The notes beneath the pieces were generated by a model, which was not told the origin of the DNA, searched no databases, and saw only the letters and a program-made list of their open reading frames with translations. This document shows, in pieces, positions 1-8,201 of a stretch of 32,000 nt of DNA; the stretch's first letter is position 1, and every line of letters starts with the position of its first letter. This stretch comes from Erysipelotrichaceae bacterium. GTDB lineage: Bacteria > Bacillota_I > Bacilli_A > Erysipelotrichales > Erysipelotrichaceae. The DNA is taken from the NCBI GenBank assembly GCA_030604855.1, contig JAUVVC010000002.1:150001-182000 (forward strand), in the 5' to 3' direction. Made by a program: the position numbers and the translations under genes.

Positions 1-1562
1 TGTTGATTTTGGGGATGTTTTTTATCGTGCGTGTGTTACTACAGTATGTTGTGGAGTATTGGGGGCATGTCTTGGGTGTTCGGATGGAACGTGACATGCG
101 CAATGATCTCTTCAATCACATCCAAGGCTTGCCCATTCAGTATTTCGATCGCATGAAGGTTGGGAAGTTGATGTCGCGTTTGGTCAATGATTTGAATGAC
201 ATCTCAGAAGTTGCGCATCATGGACCAGAAGACCTCTTGATTTCGATTGTTTTGTTGGTGGGCAGTTTCTACATGATGTACACCAGCAACCTTGAATTGG
301 CGCTTGTGATGACGGTGCTAGTCCCCTTGATGATTTATATCGGAGTACGACAGAACCTTAAGTTTCGTAAAGCCTTTCGTGTCATGCGGGAGCGTTTGGC
401 AGAAATCAATGCTCGTGTGGAAAGCAATTTTTCTGGCATACGCGTCGTCAAGGCGTTTACGGCTGAAGAGAGTGAGAGTGAGGACTTCGCTTTAGGGAAT
501 GCACGTTTTCTGGTATCGCGTCAAGGTGCTTTGAAGGTTATGGCGGAGTTTGGGGTTACGGTCAAGTTTTTTGTTATGTTGATCACGTGGATGGTTCTGT
601 TTGTTGGGGGTTATCTTGTCATACAGAATCGTATGACGGTGGGTTCCTTGGTGGAGTTCATCCTATATGTTCAACTGTTCCAGCAACCGATCACCAAGAT
701 TTCAGCCTTCATCATGATGTACAATCAAGCGATGGCAGGTTTTGAGCGTTTCATTGAGATCATTGAGATCCCTATGCAAGAAGATCGTGAGGGTGCTGAA
801 GTGATGAATGAAGTCAATGGTGACATTGCTTTTGAACATGTAAGCTTCCAGTATGACGAAGAAGGAGATCGACATGTTTTAAAAGATCTTTCCTTATCCA
901 TTAATGCAGGTTCGAAAGTAGCTTTTGTTGGGCCAAGTGGAGGGGGAAAATCAACCCTATGCAGTTTGATTCCTCGCTTCTATGAGCTCAGCGAAGGCCA
1001 CATCTATGTCGATGGTAAGGATATCCAAGCGATTCAATTACAGAGTCTAAGACAAAATATCGGTATCGTTCAGCAAGATGTCTTCATTTTTGGCGGAACG
1101 ATTTTGCAAAACATTCGTTATGGGAAGAACGACGCTAGCGAAGAAGAAGTGATTCAAGCCGCAAAACAAGCACAGGCTTGGGAATTCATCGAATTGTTGG
1201 ATGAAGGTATCCATACGCAGATCGGTGAGCGTGGTGTGACACTTTCAGGTGGTCAAAGACAACGTATCGCACTCGCCCGCGTGTTTTTAAAGAATCCTAA
1301 GATTTTGATTTTTGATGAAGCAACCAGCGCTTTGGACAATCAAACGGAAAAAGAAATTCAAAAGACTCTGAATGCATTGAGCAAAGATCGCACAAGCTTG
1401 ATTGTAGCGCATCGTTTGTCAACGATTAAGGATGCGGATTGTATTTATGTATTAACGCCTAATGGGATCGTGGAAGAAGGGCGTCACGAAGATTTAATGT
1501 CTTTGGAGGGGGTCTATTATCAACTCTATACTAAAGAAAGTATCTACAATGGGATTAAATAA
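1..1562 (+). CDS. ABC exporter, fused transmembrane + ATP-binding subunit (MsbA/LmrA type), N-terminus cut by window edge
   Basis: ORF is open to the left edge (reading frame of nt 3). A hydrophobic TMD is followed by Walker A GPSGGGKST, ABC signature LSGGQRQRIALAR, Walker B ILIFDEATSALD and H-loop IVAHRLST. Confidence 0.9.
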   Translation, partial: LILGMFFIVRVLLQYVVEYWGHVLGVRMERDMRNDLFNHIQGLPIQYFDRMKVGKLMSRLVNDLNDISEVAHHGPEDLLISIVLLVGSFYMMYTSNLELALVMTVLVPLMIYIGVRQNLKFRKAFRVMRERLAEINARVESNFSGIRVVKAFTAEESESEDFALGNARFLVSRQGALKVMAEFGVTVKFFVMLITWMVLFVGGYLVIQNRMTVGSLVEFILYVQLFQQPITKISAFIMMYNQAMAGFERFIEIIEIPMQEDREGAEVMNEVNGDIAFEHVSFQYDEEGDRHVLKDLSLSINAGSKVAFVGPSGGGKSTLCSLIPRFYELSEGHIYVDGKDIQAIQLQSLRQNIGIVQQDVFIFGGTILQNIRYGKNDASEEEVIQAAKQAQAWEFIELLDEGIHTQIGERGVTLSGGQRQRIALARVFLKNPKILIFDEATSALDNQTEKEIQKTLNALSKDRTSLIVAHRLSTIKDADCIYVLTPNGIVEEGRHEDLMSLEGVYYQLYTKESIYNGIK

Positions 1563-2592
1563 AACATATTTAAGATTAAATTACTACATTGGCTATTATA
1601 GACGTTTAAGTTTTAAATTGGATCCTCGAGGGGGTTTTTCTCAAGAGAATTTTGTCAAATTAAGAAAAGGGGACAAACATTATGGTCTGTTCCCAAATAA
1701 CAACATCATGTCTGTTAGTAACCTTTCACGAATGGAAAGAGGGATGATTGTTGTTAAGGTTCATGTGTATGATTTGCTCTTAGAAAAATTCGGCGCGGTC
1801 TTTGTGTTTAGAGAATCGAATATTAAGACACAAGATTACTTGTGCCAACGTTTGTTCAATCTTTTTTTTTGCTCTTCGAAAGGAATTGATGAAATAAAAG
1901 TTGAAATACGTAAGTATGATCAAGTATTTAGAGATAATTGCTTATGGCTTACTGACTTATATGCGATAGAAAACATTTTTTTATGGTTTGATGACAATTT
2001 CTCCTTAAAGCGAAATGAGTTTCATAAATTTGTTGATATGTTTCTAATTTTCAATGAGATCTTGAGACATTTACTATTATATTGCCTGGCTTTCTCTTGT
2101 TACTTCAATCCGTCCTTATGGTCATCAATTCAAAGAGTGAAACAATTGATTGGTGAAAATGATTTCAATGATGAGCTGCTATCTGCATTTCGATATTTTG
2201 ATCAGAAGCAGTATTTCAAGCTTTATAATGTTTACTACAAACTCGCTGAACGAGTGAAACCTTCAAGTCACTTTTATAAGATATTTATACGATTCAAGGA
2301 GGTGATTCTTGTTTCGGAAAGTTATGGAACGATCATGGATGATGTCTTTCTTGAAAAGATTCTATTGTTGTATACAACCGAAAATTGCCAATTCAGAAAG
2401 CTAGTCATACGTGTTTATTATTCTAAAAAACACATACATCATGATGTTCGTTACTTATATCTGAATTTCTTGATTTATGAGCCATACCCTTATTTGATTA
2501 GAAAGTTGCTTTATAATAGAATACTTTCTAGAATCAATCGGATAGAATATAAGAATCAGTTTTTACGGTGGAATGAGGGAATTTTTGGATAA
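1549..2592 (+). CDS. Hypothetical protein; possible XRE-type HTH N-terminus plus helical C-terminal domain (RNPP/Rgg-like architecture, speculative)
   Basis: 347-aa ORF overlapping the ABC stop by 14 nt. It has an HTH-like signature (...SQENFVKL...MSVSNLSRMERG...VYDLLLEKFG) followed by about 250 aa of Y/F/L/K-rich predicted helices. It is visibly more A+T-rich than its neighbours. No family was recognised with certainty. Confidence 0.5.
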   Translation: MGLNKTYLRLNYYIGYYRRLSFKLDPRGGFSQENFVKLRKGDKHYGLFPNNNIMSVSNLSRMERGMIVVKVHVYDLLLEKFGAVFVFRESNIKTQDYLCQRLFNLFFCSSKGIDEIKVEIRKYDQVFRDNCLWLTDLYAIENIFLWFDDNFSLKRNEFHKFVDMFLIFNEILRHLLLYCLAFSCYFNPSLWSSIQRVKQLIGENDFNDELLSAFRYFDQKQYFKLYNVYYKLAERVKPSSHFYKIFIRFKEVILVSESYGTIMDDVFLEKILLLYTTENCQFRKLVIRVYYSKKHIHHDVRYLYLNFLIYEPYPYLIRKLLYNRILSRINRIEYKNQFLRWNEGIFG

Positions 2593-2615
2593 AACCGATG
2601 ATTTATCCGGTTTTT
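2591..2615 (+). terminator. Weak candidate intrinsic terminator after the 347-aa ORF
   Basis: AAAACCG / CGGTTTT 7-bp stem with a 10-nt loop, running into a T5 tract. It starts inside the stop codon. Confidence 0.35.
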
Positions 2616-2645
2616 AGCAGACGTTTGCGTTTTTACGTTCGACTC

Positions 2646-2660
2646 TTATCAATTTGATAA
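2646..2660. promoter_or_regulatory. Perfect 7-1-7 inverted repeat TTATCAAtTTGATAA (candidate operator) overlapping a TGaTAAATT extended -10-like box
   Basis: Read directly: 2646-2652 is the reverse complement of 2654-2660. TG is at 2655-2656 and TAAATT at 2658-2663. Confidence 0.45.
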
Positions 2661-2669
2661 ATTTATATC

Positions 2670-2677
2670 GAGGAGGT
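2670..2677 (+). promoter_or_regulatory. Orphan Shine-Dalgarno-like element GAGGAGGT with no start codon downstream
   Basis: Strong anti-SD complementarity. No ATG, GTG or TTG lies within 4-13 nt. The nearest GTG (2693) opens a 3-codon frame. Confidence 0.5.
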
Positions 2678-2744
2678 TAAGAAAGTTTAATCGTGCCAAT
2701 CTAAACTTTACCCTAGTTCACAATAGGACAGTAACGAGTGCTTG

Positions 2745-2815
2745 CTGGTATGGAATATCCTTGGTATTTACGGATGGTCTTGAATTATCGTAAAAAAAAA
2801 GGTATTCTATACCAG
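2745..2815 (+). promoter_or_regulatory. Long hairpin in the yneF leader (15-bp stem including 2 G-U pairs, about 41-nt interior with an A9 run)
   Basis: CTGGTATGGAATATC (2745-2759) pairs base for base with GGTATTCTATACCAG (2801-2815). The stem ends 1 nt before the yneF SD AAGGATGG. Confidence 0.5.
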
Positions 2816-2831
2816 TAAGGATGGTTAAATT

Positions 2832-3047
2832 ATGGAATTCTTAACTTCGATTTTAAGCTTGATATTTGGGATTCTTATTGGTGGTGGCTTAGGCTTCTAT
2901 TTCACGCGTAAAACATTTTTGAAACAACTGAAAGACAATCCTCCGATCAATGAGAAAATGATTCGTGCGATGTACATGCAAATGGGACGTAAACCGTCTG
3001 AGGCGCAGATCAAACAAATCATGAAATCCATGAATCAGTATCAATAA
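2832..3047 (+). CDS. yneF: UPF0154 family small membrane protein (YneF-like)
   Basis: 71 aa with an N-terminal TM helix, then FTRKTFLKQLKDNPPINEKMIRAMYMQMGRKPSEAQIKQIMKSM, which closely resembles B. subtilis YneF. SD AAGGATGG lies upstream. The position next to plsY-parEC matches Bacillus. Confidence 0.85.
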   Translation: MEFLTSILSLIFGILIGGGLGFYFTRKTFLKQLKDNPPINEKMIRAMYMQMGRKPSEAQIKQIMKSMNQYQ

Positions 3048-3070
3048 AAAAGGACATCGGTCCTTTTTTT
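3046..3070. terminator. Bidirectional intrinsic terminator between convergent yneF and plsY
   Basis: AAAAAAGGAC-ATCG-GTCCTTTTTTT: a GC core flanked by an A-tract and a T-tract, so it reads as hairpin plus U-tract on both strands. It overlaps both stop codons. Confidence 0.8.
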
Positions 3071-3680
3071 ATATCCAAGTTACTTTTGTTTCCGTACCAT
3101 TCAACAGCCGTTTGATGTTGGCTCGATGACGGTAGAAAATCAAAACATCAATCAGAATAAAATTAAGTGTGAAGATCCAATCCCCACCCGTTGCGAAATA
3201 GGCGATGAAGATTGAAATCGTAGCCGCTACCATGGAAGCGAGCGATGCATATTTCGTGAGTTTCAAGATGATGAAGAATAAGGTTGCTGGAACAATGAAC
3301 AGTAAGATCACTTGATTGACGATGATGGCGGCTCCCAATAAATAGCCTGCAGCGGTTGATACAGCTTTACCCCCTTTGAATTGTGCGAAAATGGGATAAC
3401 TGTGCCCGATTGCCGAAAAGACACCGGCAAGCGCTGCATATTGTGGCGCAAACTGATAAACAATCAAGATTGCGATCGTAGCTTTCAAAACATCAAATAC
3501 CGTGACACTGATGCCGGCTGTTTTGCCAAGCACACGTCCGGCATTCGTTCCACCTAGATTACCACTTCCTTTGGTCCGAATATCGGTTTTATAGAATACT
3601 TTGCCGATGATCAATGCGAATGGAATGGATCCGAACAAATAACCAAAAACGATTGCCAGAATGAGTTTAGGATCAATCAT
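3069..3680 (-). CDS. plsY: Glycerol-3-phosphate acyltransferase PlsY
   Basis: 203-aa polytopic membrane protein with the PlsY motifs GSGNLGGTNAGR and FKGGKAVST. SD AGAGAGG. Conserved position upstream of parE. Confidence 0.92.
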   Translation of the reverse strand: MIDPKLILAIVFGYLFGSIPFALIIGKVFYKTDIRTKGSGNLGGTNAGRVLGKTAGISVTVFDVLKATIAILIVYQFAPQYAALAGVFSAIGHSYPIFAQFKGGKAVSTAAGYLLGAAIIVNQVILLFIVPATLFFIILKLTKYASLASMVAATISIFIAYFATGGDWIFTLNFILIDVLIFYRHRANIKRLLNGTETKVTWI

Positions 3681-3703
3681 AATTTACCTCTCTTTACGGA
3701 CTC

Positions 3704-3732
3704 ATTATAGCAAATCGCAACACATCGGTCAT
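3704..3732 (-). promoter_or_regulatory. Candidate sigmaA-type promoter for plsY
   Basis: On the minus strand: ATGACC, 17 nt, TGcTATAAT (extended -10), about 25 nt upstream of the plsY SD. Confidence 0.55.
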
Positions 3733-3759
3733 TTAAAATAAATGTCGATATTGTATAAT
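3732..3759 (+). promoter_or_regulatory. Candidate promoter for parE-parC
   Basis: TTTAAA, 16 nt, TATAAT (3754-3759), with TAGGAG SD and ATG 3782 downstream. The -35 is weak. Confidence 0.45.
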
Positions 3760-3781
3760 AGATGGGTAGATAGGAGTTTTT

Positions 3782-5710
3782 ATGGCAACAAGACAATATG
3801 ATGAGCAAAGTATTCAAATATTAGAAGGTTTGGATGCTGTTCGCAAACGTCCGGGGATGTACATCGGTTCGACCGATAGTCGTGGCTTGCATCATTGTGT
3901 GTGGGAAATCCTCGATAATGCGATCGATGAAGCAATGAATGGTTATGGCAAACATATCGTCATCACCATTGGTAAAGACAATACAATAAAAGTCGAAGAT
4001 GAAGGACGGGGGATGCCGGTTGGCAAGCATGCTTCAGGTGTCTCAACTTTACAAGTCATATTCACAGTTCTCCATGCAGGGGGAAAGTTTTCGACTGAAG
4101 GTGGTTATAAACGTTCTGGAGGTCTGCATGGCGTTGGGGCGAGTGTCGTCAATGCATTGAGTGAATGGATGGAAGTCGTGGTTCATTATCAAGGATCGAT
4201 TCATCGAATGGTTTTCAGTAAGGGGGGATCTAAAGTCTCTGCGTTGGAAACACTGGGTAGGACCAATAAGACAGGAAGTACCGTTACATTCAAACCGGAT
4301 GAGAAGATCTTTGGAAAGATCAGTTTTGATGCGGAATTGATTCGTGAACGGGCTCAAGAAAGTGCTTTTCTGTTAAAAGGTATCAAACTCACGGTCAAGG
4401 ATGAACGGAATGGTCAGGTGGATGTTTTTCAATACAGCAATGGTTTGATCAACTTCATCGAGTTCTTAAATGAAGACCGAACGGCGATGCATGAACCGCT
4501 TGCCTTTGAGGGCAACGTTGGTGAGATCTCTGTACAATGCGCACTTCAATACACCGATGATTATCAAGAGAATACCTATTCATTCGTAAACTTAGTTCGT
4601 ACCGTGGATGGTGGAACTCATGAAGTCGGATACAAATCCGCATTGACGAAGGTCATGAATGATTTCGCACGTAAGATCGGTGTGCTTAAGGATAAAGATA
4701 AGAATTTCGAAGGAAATGATGTGAGAGAAGGCTGTACGTCGGTCATTTCCGTAAGCATCCCTGAGAATCTGCTTCAATTTGAAGGTCAGACCAAGGGCAA
4801 GCTCGGAACCAATGAGGCACGATCTGCGATGGAGACCATCGTACAGGAACAATTGACTTATTATCTTGAAGAACATCGTGAACTGGCGAACGCGATCCTT
4901 AAGAAGATTCAGAAAGCTTCCACGGTGCGTGAAGCGGCACGCCGAGCGCGTGAAGATGCACGTAAGGGAAAGAAGAACGGGAAGAGTGAGCGGCTGCTTT
5001 CTGGCAAGCTGGCACCGGCTCAATCCAAAGATGTGCGTAAAGCGGAACTTTTCCTTGTGGAAGGGGATTCTGCGGGTGGCAGTGCGAAACAAGGTCGAGA
5101 CAGTAAGCTCCAAGCCATCTTGCCTTTACGAGGTAAAGTTTTGAATACGGAAAAAGCCAGTGTGGCGGATATTGAGAAGAATGAAGAACTGAATACGATC
5201 ATCCATGCCTTGGGTGCAGGGGTTGGAAGCGAATTCGATATCAAGGACATCAACTACAATAAAGTCATCATCATGACGGATGCCGATACGGATGGAGCCC
5301 ATATCCAAGTCTTACTGCTTACCTTCTTCTATCGCTACATGCGTCCTTTGATTGAACATGGACATGTTTATCTTGCTCAACCACCGCTTTATCGAGTATC
5401 AAAAGGTAAACAGTTCAAATACCTTTATACTGATGATGAGCTTAAGGCAACGATGCAGGAGTGGGGTAAGGTCGAGATTCAACGGTATAAAGGTTTGGGT
5501 GAAATGAATGCTTCACAATTATGGGAAACAACCATGGATCCGGCTCATCGTACCTTGATTCAATTAAATCTTGGGGATGCCTTGATTGCACAACGGGTCG
5601 TTTCAGTATTGATGGGGGATAAGGCGGATCTCAGACGGGATTGGATCGAGAAACATGTTTCCTTTACCTTAGAAGATGATTTTGCAAAGGAGACGGCAAA
5701 GAATGGATAA
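3782..5710 (+). CDS. parE: DNA topoisomerase IV subunit B
   Basis: GHKL ATPase N-terminus (LEGLDAVRKRPGMYIGST, HHCVWEILDNAIDEA) and Toprim region (LFLVEGDSAGGSAKQGRD, IMTDADTDGAHI). Paired with a ParC-type A subunit and preceded by plsY as in Bacilli. Confidence 0.88.
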   Translation: MATRQYDEQSIQILEGLDAVRKRPGMYIGSTDSRGLHHCVWEILDNAIDEAMNGYGKHIVITIGKDNTIKVEDEGRGMPVGKHASGVSTLQVIFTVLHAGGKFSTEGGYKRSGGLHGVGASVVNALSEWMEVVVHYQGSIHRMVFSKGGSKVSALETLGRTNKTGSTVTFKPDEKIFGKISFDAELIRERAQESAFLLKGIKLTVKDERNGQVDVFQYSNGLINFIEFLNEDRTAMHEPLAFEGNVGEISVQCALQYTDDYQENTYSFVNLVRTVDGGTHEVGYKSALTKVMNDFARKIGVLKDKDKNFEGNDVREGCTSVISVSIPENLLQFEGQTKGKLGTNEARSAMETIVQEQLTYYLEEHRELANAILKKIQKASTVREAARRAREDARKGKKNGKSERLLSGKLAPAQSKDVRKAELFLVEGDSAGGSAKQGRDSKLQAILPLRGKVLNTEKASVADIEKNEELNTIIHALGAGVGSEFDIKDINYNKVIIMTDADTDGAHIQVLLLTFFYRYMRPLIEHGHVYLAQPPLYRVSKGKQFKYLYTDDELKATMQEWGKVEIQRYKGLGEMNASQLWETTMDPAHRTLIQLNLGDALIAQRVVSVLMGDKADLRRDWIEKHVSFTLEDDFAKETAKNG

Positions 5711-8201
5711 ATTGGACTTAAATCAAAATTCGCTTGAGACGATCATGTCCGATCGTTTTGGACGTTATTCAAAATACATCATTCAAGAACGCGCTCTTCC
5801 AGATGTGCGTGATGGTTTGAAACCGGTTCAACGACGCATCTTGTATGCGATGTACAGTGATGGAAACACCATGGATAAACCTTATCGTAAGTCAGCTAAA
5901 ACGGTTGGTTTGGTCATCGGTAATTTCCATCCTCATGGGGATTCCAGTGTCTATGAAGCCATGGTTCGATTGAGTCAGAATTGGAAGATGAATCTACCTT
6001 TGGTGGACATGCAAGGAAACAACGGTTCGATCGATGATGATCCGGCTGCGGCAATGCGATATACCGAAGCGCGTTTGGCTCCTTTTGGACAAGCTCTGCT
6101 TAAGGATATCGATCAAGATACAGTGAATTTCACATCGAACTTCGATGATACGACTTTGGAGCCTTCGGTTCTCCCGGCTTTGGTGCCTGAGTTGTTAGTG
6201 AATGGGACCAGCGGCATCGCGGCAGGTTATGCGACCAATATTCCTCCACACAATCTACGTGAGGTGGTTGAGGCTAGTATGTATCGTTTGAATCATCCTG
6301 AATCATCAATCAAAGAAATCGCTGGCATCATGCTGGGTCCGGATTTTCCAACCGGAGGAATCGTTCAAGGACGTAAGGGTATCATGGATGCGTTTGAGAC
6401 GGGTAAGGGTAGAGTCGTCATTCGCGCCAAGGCAGATATCGTTCAAGTCAAAAACATTCAGCAGATCGTAATTACGGAAATTCCATTCGAAGTCATCAAA
6501 ACCAATCTCGTTAAAAAGATGGATGACATCCGCATCAATAAGAGCATCGACGGTATTTTGGATGTACGGGATGAATCCGATCGAACAGGTTTACGCATCG
6601 TCTTGGATATCCGGAAAGAAAACGATGCCCAGATGATCTTGAATTATCTCTATAAGAATACGGATTGTCAGATTTATTTCAATTACAACATGGTCTCCAT
6701 CATCAAGCAACGACCAGTTTTAAGTGGTGTGTTGACTGTTTTGGATGCGTTCATCGATTTCAGAAAAGAAGTCGTATTGAGACGTTCCAAATACCAATTG
6801 GCAGAGATTGAGAAACGCATGCACATTTTGGAAGGCTTGGTCAAAGCGATTTCCGTTTTGGATGAAGTCATTTTGATCATCCGTTCCTCAAAAGACAAAG
6901 CTGATGCGAAAAGCAATCTCATCACGCGTTTCAACTTTACTGAAGCGCAAGCGGAAGCCATCGTCAGTTTACGTTTGTATCGATTGACGAATACGGATAT
7001 TCTTGAGCTTAAGAATGAGTTGGCGGAACTGAGTGTGGAGATGCAGCGCTTAAGAGGCATCATCGATAATGAAAGTCTGTTAAGAAATGTCATTCTTAAG
7101 GAGTTCCAAGAGATTTTGAAGCGTTTTGATACGCCACGTCGCTCGAAGATCGAAGCTGAAGTTGAAGAGATCGTCATTGATAAAATGAGCATGATCACCA
7201 ATGAGAAGACCGTCGTCACCGTCAGTCGCGATGGTTATATCAAGCGTGTCTCCATTCGTTCGTACCAATCCAGTGAAGGCGTGTTGCCTGCATTGAAAGA
7301 CAAGGATGAACTGATCGGAGTGATTGAAGCGGAGACGTACGATCATTTGTTGTTGATCAATGATCTGGGAACCTATGCATTGATTCCATTACATACGCTT
7401 GAAGAGAGTAAATGGAAGGACTTAGGCAATCATTATGGCCATTATTTGAAGGCGGATGATCACACGAAGCTCATCTCAGCCCATTTGATCAAAAGCTTTG
7501 AAACGGAAGCCTACATCGTCAGTGTTTCGCAAAATGGCAACATCAAACGTTCTTTGATCAAGGATTATCTGGTCTCAAGACTCTCAAAGACTTATGATGC
7601 GATGGTTCTTTCCAAAGGAGATCGACTTGTCGCAAGTTTCGTGGCATATGCGAATGAAGAATTGGTCTTGGTATCTCAAGAAGGTTACTGTGTCCGCTAT
7701 CGCATCGACATGGTGCCGACTTCGCAACCCAAAGCGAAGGGTGTCAAGGCTATGAATCTACAGACTTTGGATAAAATTGCTTATGCTTGTTCACTGTCCA
7801 ACCAAAGCAATCTTGTCTTTGTGTGTGATAGTGGTTTGATGAAGCGCATCAAAAGCAGTGAGATCACTTCTTTCAATCGTCCAGCGAAGGGTGAGTTGAT
7901 TGCGAAAAAGGTCAAATCCAATCCACAAAGGCTCATATATGTCCAAGCGGCGCAAGTCTATGATGATGTTCGCATCACGCACGATGACAAACGTTGGATT
8001 CAAGCAAAAGACATCAGTTTGATGGACAAGACGCAAACCTTCAGTCAAGTGAGTGATGTCAAGGATTTCTATATCGTTAAACGGATCGAAGATGTTCGCA
8101 TCGTAGATTTCAAACCTGAAATAAAAGATCCTCAAGTGATTGAGGATCCTAAGGTGGAAGAACATCATGAAGTCGAGTTCATCCATTTTGATTTAGAGTA
8201 G
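5703..8201 (+). CDS. parC: DNA topoisomerase IV subunit A
   Basis: ERALPDVRDGLKPVQRRILYAM (the VQRR variant typical of ParC rather than the VHRR of GyrA) and an AMRYTE active-site Tyr region. I saw no GyrA-box. Start chosen at ATG 5703, preceded by AAGGAG 10 nt upstream and overlapping the parE stop. The track's 5676 start is probably an upstream extension. Confidence 0.88.
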   Translation: MDKLDLNQNSLETIMSDRFGRYSKYIIQERALPDVRDGLKPVQRRILYAMYSDGNTMDKPYRKSAKTVGLVIGNFHPHGDSSVYEAMVRLSQNWKMNLPLVDMQGNNGSIDDDPAAAMRYTEARLAPFGQALLKDIDQDTVNFTSNFDDTTLEPSVLPALVPELLVNGTSGIAAGYATNIPPHNLREVVEASMYRLNHPESSIKEIAGIMLGPDFPTGGIVQGRKGIMDAFETGKGRVVIRAKADIVQVKNIQQIVITEIPFEVIKTNLVKKMDDIRINKSIDGILDVRDESDRTGLRIVLDIRKENDAQMILNYLYKNTDCQIYFNYNMVSIIKQRPVLSGVLTVLDAFIDFRKEVVLRRSKYQLAEIEKRMHILEGLVKAISVLDEVILIIRSSKDKADAKSNLITRFNFTEAQAEAIVSLRLYRLTNTDILELKNELAELSVEMQRLRGIIDNESLLRNVILKEFQEILKRFDTPRRSKIEAEVEEIVIDKMSMITNEKTVVTVSRDGYIKRVSIRSYQSSEGVLPALKDKDELIGVIEAETYDHLLLINDLGTYALIPLHTLEESKWKDLGNHYGHYLKADDHTKLISAHLIKSFETEAYIVSVSQNGNIKRSLIKDYLVSRLSKTYDAMVLSKGDRLVASFVAYANEELVLVSQEGYCVRYRIDMVPTSQPKAKGVKAMNLQTLDKIAYACSLSNQSNLVFVCDSGLMKRIKSSEITSFNRPAKGELIAKKVKSNPQRLIYVQAAQVYDDVRITHDDKRWIQAKDISLMDKTQTFSQVSDVKDFYIVKRIEDVRIVDFKPEIKDPQVIEDPKVEEHHEVEFIHFDLE

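Noticed and set aside
2750-2818. Interpreting the 22-codon ORF (MEYPWYLRMVLNYRKKKGILYQ) as the signalling pro-peptide of the adjacent putative RNPP/Rgg-like regulator
   Set aside because: It has no SD and no signal or export features, and it lies entirely within a strong hairpin. The regulator family assignment is itself unproven. It is kept only as a note inside the hairpin finding.
3821-8186. About ten ORFs of 60-178 aa (nine antisense, one alternate sense frame) inside parE and parC (e.g. 4592-5113, 6683-7219, 7791-8186)
   Set aside because: All lie wholly inside strongly supported topoisomerase IV genes. They have no SD or promoter context, and they translate to low-complexity R/S/C/F-rich sequences typical of shadow frames.
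3782-8201. Possibility that this pair is gyrB-gyrA rather than parE-parC
   Set aside because: The A subunit has the KPVQRRIL variant and no GyrA-box. The pair follows plsY as parEC does in Bacilli, whereas gyrBA normally sits near dnaA-dnaN-recF.
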